From contig JBDKUN010000010.1 in NCBI GenBank assembly GCA_039679675.1, forward strand, positions 1-59,849: a stretch of DNA of 59,849 nt, in the 5' to 3' direction. The notes beneath the pieces are model-generated. The model was not told where the DNA came from. It saw nothing but the letters and a program-made list of their open reading frames with translations, and made no database searches. Made by a program: the position numbers and the translations under genes. This stretch comes from Armatimonadota bacterium (GTDB lineage Bacteria; Armatimonadota; UBA5829; DTLH01). Position 1 is the stretch's first letter. Each line of letters opens with the position of its first letter. This document shows, in pieces, positions 36,633 to 46,678 of this stretch.

Positions 36633-36668
36633 ATTATACCACCATCTGTATACCATGATCTGATACAG
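36633..36668 (-). promoter_or_regulatory. Extended -10 promoter with upstream palindrome
   Basis: TGGTATAAT on minus strand; CTGTAT-N11-ATACAG over the -35 region. Confidence 0.55.
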
Positions 36669-36684
36669 TTTGCAAGGCAAGAAT

Positions 36685-38022
36685 TTAGGATTTCCCGTTT
36701 GCCTTCACCCACTCCGCAATATCAATCACCACTTTTTCAGCAACGTTTCCGGGGACGTTATATTCTGCCGGAGTGCTCTTCCCCTGGCCGGTCATGAACA
36801 GATGGTTCAGGTCTGGATACTGCTTGAACTCAACATTTTTACGGTTTGAGAGCGCTTCTTTCCATCTATCATAGTCTGAAGCCGTCACCTGGTAGTCCCG
36901 GCCTCCCTGCAGGATCAATATCGGCTGAGTGAGCGCTGCAGCGGCCTTGGGAGGGTCGTATCCACGCAGATCCAGCCAATAGTTGGCCGGGATGCCGCAC
37001 GGCAGGGTCGATGGCGATGTGGACGCGCTCAGGCTCGCCTCCTTGACTCGCGCCACCTGCTGCTTGACAGTATCGATCGCTTTTTGATCATCCTCCGAGA
37101 GTGAACCCTTGGTTGAAAACAGATAAACGGTCTGTTCAAGGATGACATCTTCAAGCGGCCTGCTCGTGCCTGCCATAACGATCAGTCCGGCGATGTCCGG
37201 ATCGGCTTTTGCTATTCTGGGAATCATCATCCCGCCGAGACTGTGACCAAGAACAAAAATCCGCTTGGGATCGACACTACCTGTCCGTTTGAGAAGCGCG
37301 ACGGCTGCCACTGCATCGTCCACGACCTCCTCTTTCACGGTAATATTGTCTTCCATGAGAGCAATTTTTGCACTGTACTGCTTCGTACGCTTCTCATAGC
37401 ACAAAACGGCAATGCCTCTCGATGCGAGGCCCATGGCAAGGTCACGAAAAGGTTTGTTCGGGCCGATGGTCTCGTCTCTATCCTGCGGTCCTGAGCCGTG
37501 GACCATGACTACCGCCGGGACTGCCTGCTCCCCTTGCGGCATGTATAATGTAGCAGGCAGCGACCACTCCGGGGAACCCACAGCGACTTCTCTTTGCCTG
37601 AATGTGTAGGATTTTACATAAGATGGCTGCTTGTATTCGTCTTTACACAGGCCCGGACTGAACCACAACCCGCTGATCCTGTGCAGGGTGCTGAATATTA
37701 TTCTGATTTCAACGCATGACTTTTCGAACTCGCAGGTCATGATGACCGCGTCATAGTCCTGTACCTTCGCAGGGCTTGTCTGAACATGCCTCTTGTACTG
37801 GCCGTACCGGTCTATAATGGATTTCCAGACATCCTTTAACTTATCAGGAGGAAGCGCAGCCCTCATGTTGCTGTCCAACCTATCGACTGCGTTTGTAAAA
37901 TCACTCTTGACAAGCATCCCGATAAACTCTTCCGCCGTGGATGTATCTTCGGGTGACGCAACTGCAATTTGGGACAGGCACAAAAGACAAAAAACAGGGA
38001 GAATCAGTGCAAACTTACTCAT
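36685..38022 (-). CDS. Secreted alpha/beta hydrolase with DUF3887-like N-terminal domain
   Basis: Signal peptide; HGSGPQDRDE; GHSLG; QGGRDYQV; LNHLF. Confidence 0.88.
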   Translation of the reverse strand: MSKFALILPVFCLLCLSQIAVASPEDTSTAEEFIGMLVKSDFTNAVDRLDSNMRAALPPDKLKDVWKSIIDRYGQYKRHVQTSPAKVQDYDAVIMTCEFEKSCVEIRIIFSTLHRISGLWFSPGLCKDEYKQPSYVKSYTFRQREVAVGSPEWSLPATLYMPQGEQAVPAVVMVHGSGPQDRDETIGPNKPFRDLAMGLASRGIAVLCYEKRTKQYSAKIALMEDNITVKEEVVDDAVAAVALLKRTGSVDPKRIFVLGHSLGGMMIPRIAKADPDIAGLIVMAGTSRPLEDVILEQTVYLFSTKGSLSEDDQKAIDTVKQQVARVKEASLSASTSPSTLPCGIPANYWLDLRGYDPPKAAAALTQPILILQGGRDYQVTASDYDRWKEALSNRKNVEFKQYPDLNHLFMTGQGKSTPAEYNVPGNVAEKVVIDIAEWVKANGKS

Positions 38023-38194
38023 ACCTTTGCCTCCGCGATAAGTGATGAGTAAACCACTTATGTTAGCACTATACCAGCAGGCTCTCTAGATGAAACGTGA
38101 GTGCGGATTTAGAGAAAATCGCGCAAATTCCATATATTTCGGGACGAAAGCGGTCCCGAAGCACTATTACCCACCAACCTCATCCCTAAACCCT

Positions 38195-40156
38195 TTAATA
38201 TGCAAACGGGTCATTCGGGTCTGGCTGGGCGAGGACATCGAGCGACGGGCGTGTGGAAACATGATCAACTTTTGCTTTTCTTCTTATACAGTTTCTGAAA
38301 TAGGACATTACATCGTCCGGCTGGCGCTGGAGTGTCAGGTTCATCGCGCGGACAACCTCTTCGGGGTCGCCGTCCGCAAGAGCTATAGCATCCCGGACAA
38401 CATTCCGCTGCATAGTGCCATCGAGCCTTGAGAGCTGATTAAAAACCGCCTCGTCGAGCGACACCTCTTCGCTTGGAGGGAACATCTTGACGCCGTCCGG
38501 CCCGCGAAGGACGTTCGGCCTTGGGAACTTGACGAATACCGGCTGAGAGAAGTGCGGATGCCGAAGCATAAGCTGGCCTTTGGATAGTGTCGCAAGTTTT
38601 TCCTTTGTGGCTGCAGTCAAGACCTGATACCCTGGCGTTGCGAGCTCATCCATGTCCATCCGGCCATATATGCACGTCCCGCAGTTGCCGACTATCCGCT
38701 TATGCACCTGGCTTCTGAACTGCTGCGCGGAGAAAAGGACCAAGCCGAGATACCGGCCGCGCTCTGATATATCGAGAAGAGTCTGCTTGAGGTACGTATC
38801 CTGTCCGTCGGACGGCGCATACTTATTCAGCTCATCGACAACAACGACTACGTGCTCGACTCCGAGGGTCTTTTTCTCAAGGTTTTCTCTCAGCTGGCTG
38901 ACAACGCGGGTAAAGACAAGGTCCTGCGCCTGCGGATCGACATTCGCAACGTCTATCACGTAGATCGTCCTGTTTTTGAACTCTCCCCAGGGGAGGTCGC
39001 ACGTCGCCTCGTCCGGGCTTATTAGACCTTTGTAGCGTGTGACTAGGTTCGAAAGCCTGTTGTAGACTTTCCTGATCGTGGCGTAGTGGTGCGTCTGGTA
39101 TGTATCCCCTTTACCTGATACTTCAAGGAATTTGAGGACACAATTAAACCACTTATCCAGTTCATTAAAATCACGTACGTTAAATTTATTCCCGTCCACA
39201 TCCGTTACTTGGTCGACCACGCGCTGGTTTATGTATTGAATAAGCGCGTCGGCCTTGGCATCCACATCGTCGCGGTTTAACACGACTTCCGTGAACTTCA
39301 TGATCTCTTTCAAGCCCCAGGAAAGCGGGTAGACATTCGAAATCAGCTCCGGATTGGTGCGAAGGGTGTTCAAGTTTACCCGGTCAGCCTTATACGGCGC
39401 ATAGTAGACAACGTTCTTGAACGGCTCGACTGGAATTCCGAGCAGATTATACATTTCCCGGTCCCTGTCAGAAAGCGCCGGCACGTTGTTGGCTGCATAT
39501 CTCTCTGCAAGATCTCTGTCTTCTGGCACTTCAGCCCCATGATCCAGAAACAGCATATCCGGCCCTTTAACGTTAAAACAGACCACGGCCACGTCTTCTT
39601 TATAATGCGCAAATATGCTGGAGAGCACGAACTCTATGGAGCTTGTTTTTGTGGCAAGCCCCGAAACACCTGTTAAGTTCAGGTGCGCCGCCTCCGGGCC
39701 AAGCAGAAATTCGGCGTCCAGATAGACAGGGGAAAGAAACTCGCCGTTCTGATAAAGCCCTATAGGAATACCGGATGTTTCCTGATAGGAATCCATCCTT
39801 AGCGCGCGGCTTACGGCGGTGTCATCGGCAAGATATACAGGACCTACTGGAACAGGCTGAAGCGGCTCTTCAGGTTCTACCCTGAGCACTGCCGCACTAT
39901 AGCACCTGACCTCCGGCCTGAGCGTTGCAGGCTCTGCCTCAGGATTACCCTCAGCAGCGATAAAGTCGTGCAGCGCTGATGCAAGGTCAGTGAACCCGAA
40001 GCCTTCGACTACGACCCCATATATATTTTTATCTTCAATCTGGACGTGCACAAGCGTGCCGATTCCGACGGGCGAATCCATCGGCGTCCAGAAGTTGAAG
40101 CTGTACGCGGTGTTTGGCTTGTTCTCCGTAGCTATGACTCTACCGATTTGCTGCAC
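38195..40156 (-). CDS. herA: Bacterial HerA-like ATPase (start GTG after AAGGAG)
   Basis: HAS-barrel-like N-terminus; variant Walker A GVSGLATKT; VVVDELNKYAP; ERGRYLG. Confidence 0.85.
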   Translation of the reverse strand: MQQIGRVIATENKPNTAYSFNFWTPMDSPVGIGTLVHVQIEDKNIYGVVVEGFGFTDLASALHDFIAAEGNPEAEPATLRPEVRCYSAAVLRVEPEEPLQPVPVGPVYLADDTAVSRALRMDSYQETSGIPIGLYQNGEFLSPVYLDAEFLLGPEAAHLNLTGVSGLATKTSSIEFVLSSIFAHYKEDVAVVCFNVKGPDMLFLDHGAEVPEDRDLAERYAANNVPALSDRDREMYNLLGIPVEPFKNVVYYAPYKADRVNLNTLRTNPELISNVYPLSWGLKEIMKFTEVVLNRDDVDAKADALIQYINQRVVDQVTDVDGNKFNVRDFNELDKWFNCVLKFLEVSGKGDTYQTHHYATIRKVYNRLSNLVTRYKGLISPDEATCDLPWGEFKNRTIYVIDVANVDPQAQDLVFTRVVSQLRENLEKKTLGVEHVVVVVDELNKYAPSDGQDTYLKQTLLDISERGRYLGLVLFSAQQFRSQVHKRIVGNCGTCIYGRMDMDELATPGYQVLTAATKEKLATLSKGQLMLRHPHFSQPVFVKFPRPNVLRGPDGVKMFPPSEEVSLDEAVFNQLSRLDGTMQRNVVRDAIALADGDPEEVVRAMNLTLQRQPDDVMSYFRNCIRRKAKVDHVSTRPSLDVLAQPDPNDPFAY

Positions 40157-40195
40157 TTCTCGTTTCTCCTTATTATTCGATGCTTGTTGAAACCA

Positions 40196-40376
40196 CGTCA
40201 CCCTGAACTAAGGAGTTTCGTATGCTTCGGGATCGCTTTTCATCCTACTACCCCGTGGACCTACTGGACCACGGGGGTATTAACCGTGGACCTACCGGAC
40301 CACGGAGAGAAGCACAAGTCTCCACTAATTTGATAAGCTTTCCTGGATGCTGAGCCAAGCTCAGCATGACGTTGTG
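40196..40376. repeat. Three-level nested repeat: family C containing family A containing tandem family B
   Basis: Ends match 18238-18308; family A arms at 40223-40233 and 40242-40245/40309-40314; B copies 40246-40308. Confidence 0.8.
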
Positions 40377-40444
40377 TTAGTTCGTGATAACGTTGTAGTC
40401 ACAAATGGTTTTTACCGGGTTCAGCCAGTGCCGCATCCGATAAC

Positions 40445-41437
40445 TTATGTCATCCCTGCCAGGGCGCTTTCGATCATCGTTTTGCTGGGCGCGATGCTCT
40501 TGATGTACTGCTCGCAGTCGCGTATTGGATAGATCATCCTGTCCCACCGGCTGTCAGGAAGCGCAAGCGGCGACCGCTCCCGCATAAGCCAACCTGAAAT
40601 CTCATCTGCAATAGCGATTGTATTTTTGCTCGCAGCAGCTTCCACCCTCACAAGACCGAAGTATATATCCCTGCCAACATTGGAATGGAGCCTCAGATAC
40701 CAACTGTAAACAGGAGACCAACCCCTCCCACGAGGCTGAAAGACGCTCGAACGCTCCCCCACTCCAAGCGACAGGATCTTCCGCTGGTCTTCAACTCCGA
40801 AATATTGTGTCTGGTGGCTTTTGATGACCCCGACTACTCTCGGATGCTTCGCAGCCTCTATTCGCCCTGTGATCGAGCCGTCCCAAAGGAGCCATTCATC
40901 GTCCGTTGAACTTTTCATCCACTCATCGGCGAGTTTCCGCTCCAGCTCAGCTCTGTCATTACTTGCGGCGCGCCTTGCAAGCTCCAGAAGCATCAACGGA
41001 TGAGCATCACCGTCGCCCTCCACCTTGACATTTTTTGCCTCTATGCCGCTTTTCAGCATCTCAGACGGGTCCAGACGGTCAAATGAAAAGTATAGGTTTT
41101 CAGAGAATGCCTGATAAGAGGTAGACATCCGCCTGTCGGCGTTTCGCTGCCTTATTACGGCTCCTAGATGAGCGTAAAGTATCGGCACAGTGTGATTATG
41201 GAACCCGATACGGCGTGTGGCTTGAGCTCCGTCAAGAAAATGTGTGAAACAGGTATTTTTCGCCTGCTGGATGGGGTGCGCGGACATCCCAGCACCTTCG
41301 ACTATCTCGGCCTGCTCGGCAACGACAGGTTCAGCGGATGGAAGCGATCTATCCTCATCCATATCATTCTGGATAGCCACCTGAAATGAGTTATCTGACC
41401 GGGATTTAAGGTATTCAGCGAATTTATTAAGAAGCAC
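40445..41437 (-). CDS. nurA: NurA-like nuclease
   Basis: FLDG, WDGSI, GVIKSH, SWYLRL, GLVRVE motifs; upstream of herA. Confidence 0.8.
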   Translation of the reverse strand: MLLNKFAEYLKSRSDNSFQVAIQNDMDEDRSLPSAEPVVAEQAEIVEGAGMSAHPIQQAKNTCFTHFLDGAQATRRIGFHNHTVPILYAHLGAVIRQRNADRRMSTSYQAFSENLYFSFDRLDPSEMLKSGIEAKNVKVEGDGDAHPLMLLELARRAASNDRAELERKLADEWMKSSTDDEWLLWDGSITGRIEAAKHPRVVGVIKSHQTQYFGVEDQRKILSLGVGERSSVFQPRGRGWSPVYSWYLRLHSNVGRDIYFGLVRVEAAASKNTIAIADEISGWLMRERSPLALPDSRWDRMIYPIRDCEQYIKSIAPSKTMIESALAGMT

Positions 41438-41605
41438 GTGGGACTCCAGCCTGCAAGCTTAAGTTGACTCAAATCTACCACGGCGGTCAGTCGATGTCAA
41501 GAAATTGGTGGAACTCAGGATGGCAGCCTGGTATAATTCTGTAAATATGAATAAATAATTCCAGGAGCATATATGCTCTGGACGGTGAATGGAGGGATTT
41601 TGACA

Positions 41606-42700
41606 ATGCAAAAGGCCAGGATCGGGATTATCGGCTGCGGCAACATCAGCGGCATATATTTCCAAAACGGTAAGGTCTTTGACATCCTGGACATAGCGGG
41701 ATGCGCAGACCTGGACATGGAACGTGCCAAGTCAAAGGCCTGTGAGCACGGCTGCAAGGCGTACAGCGTGGACGAAATCCTCGCTGACCCAAGCATAGAG
41801 ATTATTCTGAATATAACGATACCAAAAGCCCATGCCCAGGTTGCTTTCGCGGCGCTTGAAGCGGGTAAATCGGTCTACAATGAAAAGCCTCTTTCGATTA
41901 CGCGTGAAGACGGCCGAAAAATGCTCGATTTAGCCAAATCCAAGGGGCTCAGAGTGGGATGCGCTCCTGATACATTCCTTGGCGGTGGCATTCAGACCTG
42001 CATCAAGCTCATAGAAGACGGCTGGATCGGCGATCCCATAGCTGCGACAGCGTTCATGACAGGTCATGGTCCTGAAAGCTGGCATCCTGACCCTGAGTTC
42101 TTCTATAAAGTCGGCGGAGGCCCGATGTTCGATATGGGACCATATTATCTCACGGCCCTTATTGCGATGATGGGACCTGTGCGAAGAGTCACCGGCTCGG
42201 CCAGGATCACTTTTCCTGAAAGGACAATCACCAGCCAGCCCAAGTTCGGTACGAAGGTAAAAGTCGATGTGCCGACTCATATCGCCGGTGTTTTGGACTT
42301 TGCAAACGGCGCTGTCGGAACGATCATCACCAGCTTCGACGTGTGGGGAGCCAATCTGCCATGCATCGAAGTTTATGGGACTCAAGGTTCTCTCAGTGTG
42401 CCAGACCCCAACGGTTTCGGTGGCCCTGTAAAGGTAAAACGTGCGGACGCATCCGAATGGGCCGAAGCGCCGCTGTCACACGCCCACTCCAGCAACAGCC
42501 GCGGGATCGGGCTCGCTGATATGGCATATGCTATCCGCTCAGGCAAGGCGCACCGGGCAAACGGCGAACTGGCGTTTCATGTTCTTGACATCATGCATTC
42601 TTTCCATGATGCATCAAAGCAGGGAAAACATATCGAGCTTGAAAGCACATGCCAGCGCCCGCAACCGCTGCCCATGGGTACACTAACGGCTGAAAGCTAA
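41606..42700 (+). CDS. Gfo/Idh/MocA family oxidoreductase
   Basis: [31 protein letters not shown]. Confidence 0.93.
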   Translation: MQKARIGIIGCGNISGIYFQNGKVFDILDIAGCADLDMERAKSKACEHGCKAYSVDEILADPSIEIILNITIPKAHAQVAFAALEAGKSVYNEKPLSITREDGRKMLDLAKSKGLRVGCAPDTFLGGGIQTCIKLIEDGWIGDPIAATAFMTGHGPESWHPDPEFFYKVGGGPMFDMGPYYLTALIAMMGPVRRVTGSARITFPERTITSQPKFGTKVKVDVPTHIAGVLDFANGAVGTIITSFDVWGANLPCIEVYGTQGSLSVPDPNGFGGPVKVKRADASEWAEAPLSHAHSSNSRGIGLADMAYAIRSGKAHRANGELAFHVLDIMHSFHDASKQGKHIELESTCQRPQPLPMGTLTAES

Positions 42701-42750
42701 CGGCTGGCAGATGGAACAGATTCATGCTACGGGAAAATTGGTGAATGTCG

Positions 42751-42780
42751 TGCTTCGGGATGAACTGCGATCCCGAAGCA
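42751..42780. repeat. Family A REP-like palindrome (intact)
   Basis: tgcttcgggat-N8-atcccgaagca. Confidence 0.85.
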
Positions 42781-42823
42781 TACAGAATCTCAATCTTCCA
42801 GCATTTTAAGATTCTTCACTGCA

Positions 42824-42861
42824 TTCCAGCCCGTATTTTCTACGAACAATACGGGCTGGAA
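42824..42861. terminator. Hairpin between convergent genes
   Basis: ttccagcccgtatt...aatacgggctggaa 14-bp stem. Confidence 0.65.
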
Positions 42862-42886
42862 CTCAAGTATTCTACTTAACTGAGCA

Positions 42887-43720
42887 TTAGCCCAGCTTTT
42901 CCAGTAACTGCTGGACGAACACACCTTCGTCGAGCGTCGGTTTTATATCTACACCCCTTTCCCACAGATCTTTAATAAGCTTGACTATCGAAGGGACTGC
43001 AAGATTATATGAGTTTGTGTCGTGCTCGAAAAACAGTTCACTTAGTGTGCCGTAGAGTTCGACTTTCCCGCCTGGGGCGATAACATATCCGGCATCTGCC
43101 AGATCTGTAGCTACATCCATATCGTGTGTGGTACTGATCATTGTCATGTTCGTTTCGCTATGGAGTTGGTCGAGAAGACTGCTGATTTCCCGGCGGCTGG
43201 CATAATCTACTCCTTCCAGCGGCTCATCCATCACCAGAAGCTCAGGGCCGAATACGAGAGCACCGGCAAGCGCAACTTTTTTGCGTTCTCCGCCCGAGAG
43301 ATAGTGCGGCAACCTCTCTCGCAGGTGATATATTCCGAGTTTCCTCAGGGTCGACTCTACACGTTCTCTGGTCTCAGCCGGAGAAAAGCCAAAGTTAAGC
43401 GGGCTGAATGCAACATCATCGAAGACTGTCGGGCCGATCAACTGTTCGTCCACGTTTTGCATGACAGCGCCGATTCTCGATCTGATCTCCGGGTATTCTC
43501 TGGCTGGATTCTTGCCGAATACTGAAACCTCACCATCCGTCGGCTTCAATATACCAAGCACATGCTTGAGAAGCGTACTCTTTCCAGACCCGTTCGCCCC
43601 CAGGACGACCACGCGCTGGCCCCGCATCACCCTGAATTCGATCCCGCACAGATCGACTCTGCCGCCACCCGGATATACATGCTCAACGCACTTGACATCT
43701 ACGACGATTTCATCGTTCAT
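42887..43720 (-). CDS. cbiO: ECF transporter ATPase CbiO/NikO
   Basis: GANGSGKS; DDVAFSP; LSGGE; DEP. Confidence 0.85.
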   Translation of the reverse strand: MNDEIVVDVKCVEHVYPGGGRVDLCGIEFRVMRGQRVVVLGANGSGKSTLLKHVLGILKPTDGEVSVFGKNPAREYPEIRSRIGAVMQNVDEQLIGPTVFDDVAFSPLNFGFSPAETRERVESTLRKLGIYHLRERLPHYLSGGERKKVALAGALVFGPELLVMDEPLEGVDYASRREISSLLDQLHSETNMTMISTTHDMDVATDLADAGYVIAPGGKVELYGTLSELFFEHDTNSYNLAVPSIVKLIKDLWERGVDIKPTLDEGVFVQQLLEKLG

Positions 43721-44346
43721 TGTTTTAGATAATAGACTCTGTTTACAAAACCACGAATTCTCAGACTGTCCGCTTTTCTCTCACTGCTATCTATCGTATC
43801 TACCAGAAGGTGGCCGAGCACCCGTCCCAAATTTCCGAGAGACGGGCCAGGATGCTTCCAATCGATCCCCCCGCGCAGGTGCAAGGCGATGCTTATATCA
43901 CTCAAACTTTGTGAAATCACAAAAATCGACCGGTATGTAAAGAAGAGAGCAGCTACCAGAACTCCCGGCAAGACCCGCCCTAATACACCGAAGACAGTCG
44001 GGTAACTCGTCGTCAGTAAAAATAAGATGACGATTTCAGTAATGGACAATACTCGAAGCATAAGCATCGATACCGAATATACATTTAGACCGGCAGTGCT
44101 CAAAAATACTATTATCAGAAAGAATAAAGGATATAAAGCCAGAACAGCAAGGAGCTTTATGGGTAAACGTGCGGAAAGGGCTATAACGACTACAGCAGCA
44201 AATATGGCAGAAAGTATCCAAATATACCGAAGCCAGAGCAACACACCGATCATCACTGCCGCGACAACCATCTTCAAACCGGCAGGGGCTTTATGAAGCC
44301 AACTGGCACCCGAAACGGAGATATAGTCGATGTAATAAACGTCCAC
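43717..44346 (-). CDS. cbiQ: ECF transporter T component CbiQ/NikQ
   Basis: SWLH; YRSIFV; LRG and IRG motifs. Confidence 0.8.
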   Translation of the reverse strand: MDVYYIDYISVSGASWLHKAPAGLKMVVAAVMIGVLLWLRYIWILSAIFAAVVVIALSARLPIKLLAVLALYPLFFLIIVFLSTAGLNVYSVSMLMLRVLSITEIVILFLLTTSYPTVFGVLGRVLPGVLVAALFFTYRSIFVISQSLSDISIALHLRGGIDWKHPGPSLGNLGRVLGHLLVDTIDSSERKADSLRIRGFVNRVYYLKQ

Positions 44347-45044
44347 TATGCATCATCCTCAGATTTGACCAGACCTGGAATAAGCCTGGATATGTATCCA
44401 ATGATTGCGGAAGAGAGAATCGCTTCAGCAACCCATCCAATGCTCCCGACTGCGAACATGATAATTGCAAGTCTTTTCAGGTTGAGGTGTGCACCTGAAA
44501 CTCCCGGAGGTAGTTCCATCCCAGGTCGCAGTGCTGCTGAACCCAGAACTTGGTCTATCCAGGGGCTTCCTGCCGCGATTATTCCAAAAGCAACGGTGGT
44601 ACCTGTCGCCAGACCTGCGATGGTAGCAAAAAAGGTGGACCGCCCAACTGGCAATCCGAATCCGTTCAACAGCCTGAACACATAGTAGCCAATGACAGCC
44701 TCGGTTGATAGTACAAGCGTATTTAAGCCTATCGCTGTAAGCCCACCATGTCCGATCAGTGCCAGGATGATATTCACGACAAAGGCAGTCAATACAAAAA
44801 GTTGTGGGCCCAAAATGATGCCGGTCACGACAGACAGATTCGCATGATACTCAAAAGGCGGAATTTCAATCATTGCAATCAGGATCATAATTGCGCCCAT
44901 TGCACCCATGAGCGAAAACCTGTGTGGATCGGCAGTTGCTTTGCCGCGCCACCACAAAGCCATAAGCAGCAATGCTGTTATTACATATCCTGATATCCAT
45001 AACCACGGCGGCAGAAAACCATCCGGCAGGTGTATGTGTGACAT
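44346..45044 (-). CDS. cbiM: ECF S component CbiM/NikM
   Basis: HIHLPDGFL N-terminus; GHGGLTAIGLN. Confidence 0.85.
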   Translation of the reverse strand: MSHIHLPDGFLPPWLWISGYVITALLLMALWWRGKATADPHRFSLMGAMGAIMILIAMIEIPPFEYHANLSVVTGIILGPQLFVLTAFVVNIILALIGHGGLTAIGLNTLVLSTEAVIGYYVFRLLNGFGLPVGRSTFFATIAGLATGTTVAFGIIAAGSPWIDQVLGSAALRPGMELPPGVSGAHLNLKRLAIIMFAVGSIGWVAEAILSSAIIGYISRLIPGLVKSEDDA

Positions 45045-45281
45045 GATTCTCCTCGATACTCACAAGTTGGGGGACAATTCATCAACTTCATACCACATAC
45101 CCATCGGTATCATTATATATTCGCGGTGCTGGTGCGGTTTTGCCGCCAAACGTAAAGGATATACTAGGTCTGATAACTTTAAACTCTGCACCGGAACGGT
45201 TGTAGATGGTAACAGTTCACTTTTATAAGAATTACAGATCATCCTGAACAAACTGGCGTCACCCTTGTATTAGTCCGCCTT

Positions 45282-45971
45282 GTGGACCTATGTTATGAGA
45301 TTGCTGTGAATAGAAAATCTCCAACATCAATGGCTTCGACCGGCTTCAAAGCCCCGGCTGTTGCTCTTGAGCTGAAAGACATCTCAAAGAGCTTCGGCAA
45401 GCGCGATGTGCTGTCCAAAATCAACCTGTCCATCGACTCCGGCTGCCTTGTCATCACCGGACGGAACGGTTCGGGTAAATCTACGCTTCTGAAGATCATA
45501 GCGGGGCTCATTCAGCCGACTGAGGGCGAGGTTGTCTTTACTTTGGATGGAAATATACTCCCTTTGGAGATGAGAAGAGACCTGGTTGGCATGGTCGCGC
45601 CCGATCTTGCGCTCTACGATGAGCTCTCAGCTATCGAAAACCTGAAATTCTTTGCGAGAGTCCGAGGTATCCGCCGTTCAGACGATGAACTTAAGGCTCT
45701 TCTTGACTCTCTGGGGCTTCAAAGCCGGGAAAGTGACCTCGTTGGGACGTATTCATCCGGCATGAAGCAGCGCATTAAATACGCTTTTGCCGTAATGCAT
45801 AATCCGCCGGTGCTTCTCCTTGATGAACCGTCCACCAACCTCGACGAGGGCGGTATAGAGATAGTTGATGGGATAATCAAGAAGTGGCGAGAGAGGGGAA
45901 TCGTAGTTCTTGCGACCAACGAGAAGTCCGAACTCGGCTATGGCGATAAAATACTGGAGTTGGGGGCGTAA
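45282..45971 (+). CDS. ccmA: Cytochrome c maturation ABC ATPase CcmA (start uncertain)
   Basis: GRNGSGKS; YSSGMKQR; LLLDEP; precedes ccmB. Confidence 0.85.
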   Translation: MDLCYEIAVNRKSPTSMASTGFKAPAVALELKDISKSFGKRDVLSKINLSIDSGCLVITGRNGSGKSTLLKIIAGLIQPTEGEVVFTLDGNILPLEMRRDLVGMVAPDLALYDELSAIENLKFFARVRGIRRSDDELKALLDSLGLQSRESDLVGTYSSGMKQRIKYAFAVMHNPPVLLLDEPSTNLDEGGIEIVDGIIKKWRERGIVVLATNEKSELGYGDKILELGA

Positions 45972-45973
45972 CG

Positions 45974-46678
45974 ATGTCTATCAAGGCGCAACAAAAGCCT
46001 GCCAACCCGGCGAAGATGATAAAAAGAACGTTCGCGGTCTTCAGAAAAGACGTGTTGGGTGAGTTCCGCACCCGCTACGCCATGAATGCAATCTTTCTTT
46101 TTGCCGTGACAACACTCGTCGCTGTCAGTTTCTCTATCGGCGGAGCGGATGCCAGCCCTTCGGTGCAGTCTGCACTGCTCTGGATAATTATCTATTTCTC
46201 TGCGCTTTCAGGTCTCGCCCGTGCGTTCGTGAAAGAAGAGGAGTCACACACTGCAAGCGCCTTGAGGCTTGCTGCCGCACCGGGCGCGGTTTTCGGAGGG
46301 AAGCTCCTTTTCAATTTCCTGCTCCTCATCTTGCTTGAGCTTGTTACCGTGCCGCTCTTTGTGGGTATGATGAGCTTGCAGGTGAAGAACTGGCCACTTT
46401 TTATCGTTGTAACAGGTGCCGGAAGCGCGGGGCTTGCGGTCTCAGCGACCATCGTCTCTACGATAGTCTCGAAAGCGAACGCCAAAGGCGCGCTTTTTGC
46501 GGTGCTTTCTTTTCCGATCCTTCTGCCTGCCATTATCGGCGGAATTAAGGGCACGAAGGCGGCCATAACGAGCGTTCTTTTTGCAGATGGAATGCAGGAT
46601 GTTAAGTTACTGATATCATATACTGGAGTGATGTTTGTCGTGTCGCTCCTCGTTTTTAGATTTATCTGGGAGGACTGA
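45974..46678 (+). CDS. ccmB: CcmB permease
   Basis: KD...EFRTR; LF.VLSFPILLP. Confidence 0.88.
   Translation: MSIKAQQKPANPAKMIKRTFAVFRKDVLGEFRTRYAMNAIFLFAVTTLVAVSFSIGGADASPSVQSALLWIIIYFSALSGLARAFVKEEESHTASALRLAAAPGAVFGGKLLFNFLLLILLELVTVPLFVGMMSLQVKNWPLFIVVTGAGSAGLAVSATIVSTIVSKANAKGALFAVLSFPILLPAIIGGIKGTKAAITSVLFADGMQDVKLLISYTGVMFVVSLLVFRFIWED

Noticed and set aside
40246..40308. Tandem palindromes as a CRISPR array
   Set aside because: Only two adjacent units, no unique spacers and no cas genes; the unit is a dispersed repeat
38195..41437. herA locus as an anti-phage system
   Set aside because: The partner is NurA-like rather than Sir2 or DUF4297, and there is no defence-island context
45045..45281. 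Cobalamin or NiCo riboswitch, or NikR site, upstream of cbiM
   Set aside because: No B12-box or NiCo core seen; ATACC-N11-GGTAT is too weak to call
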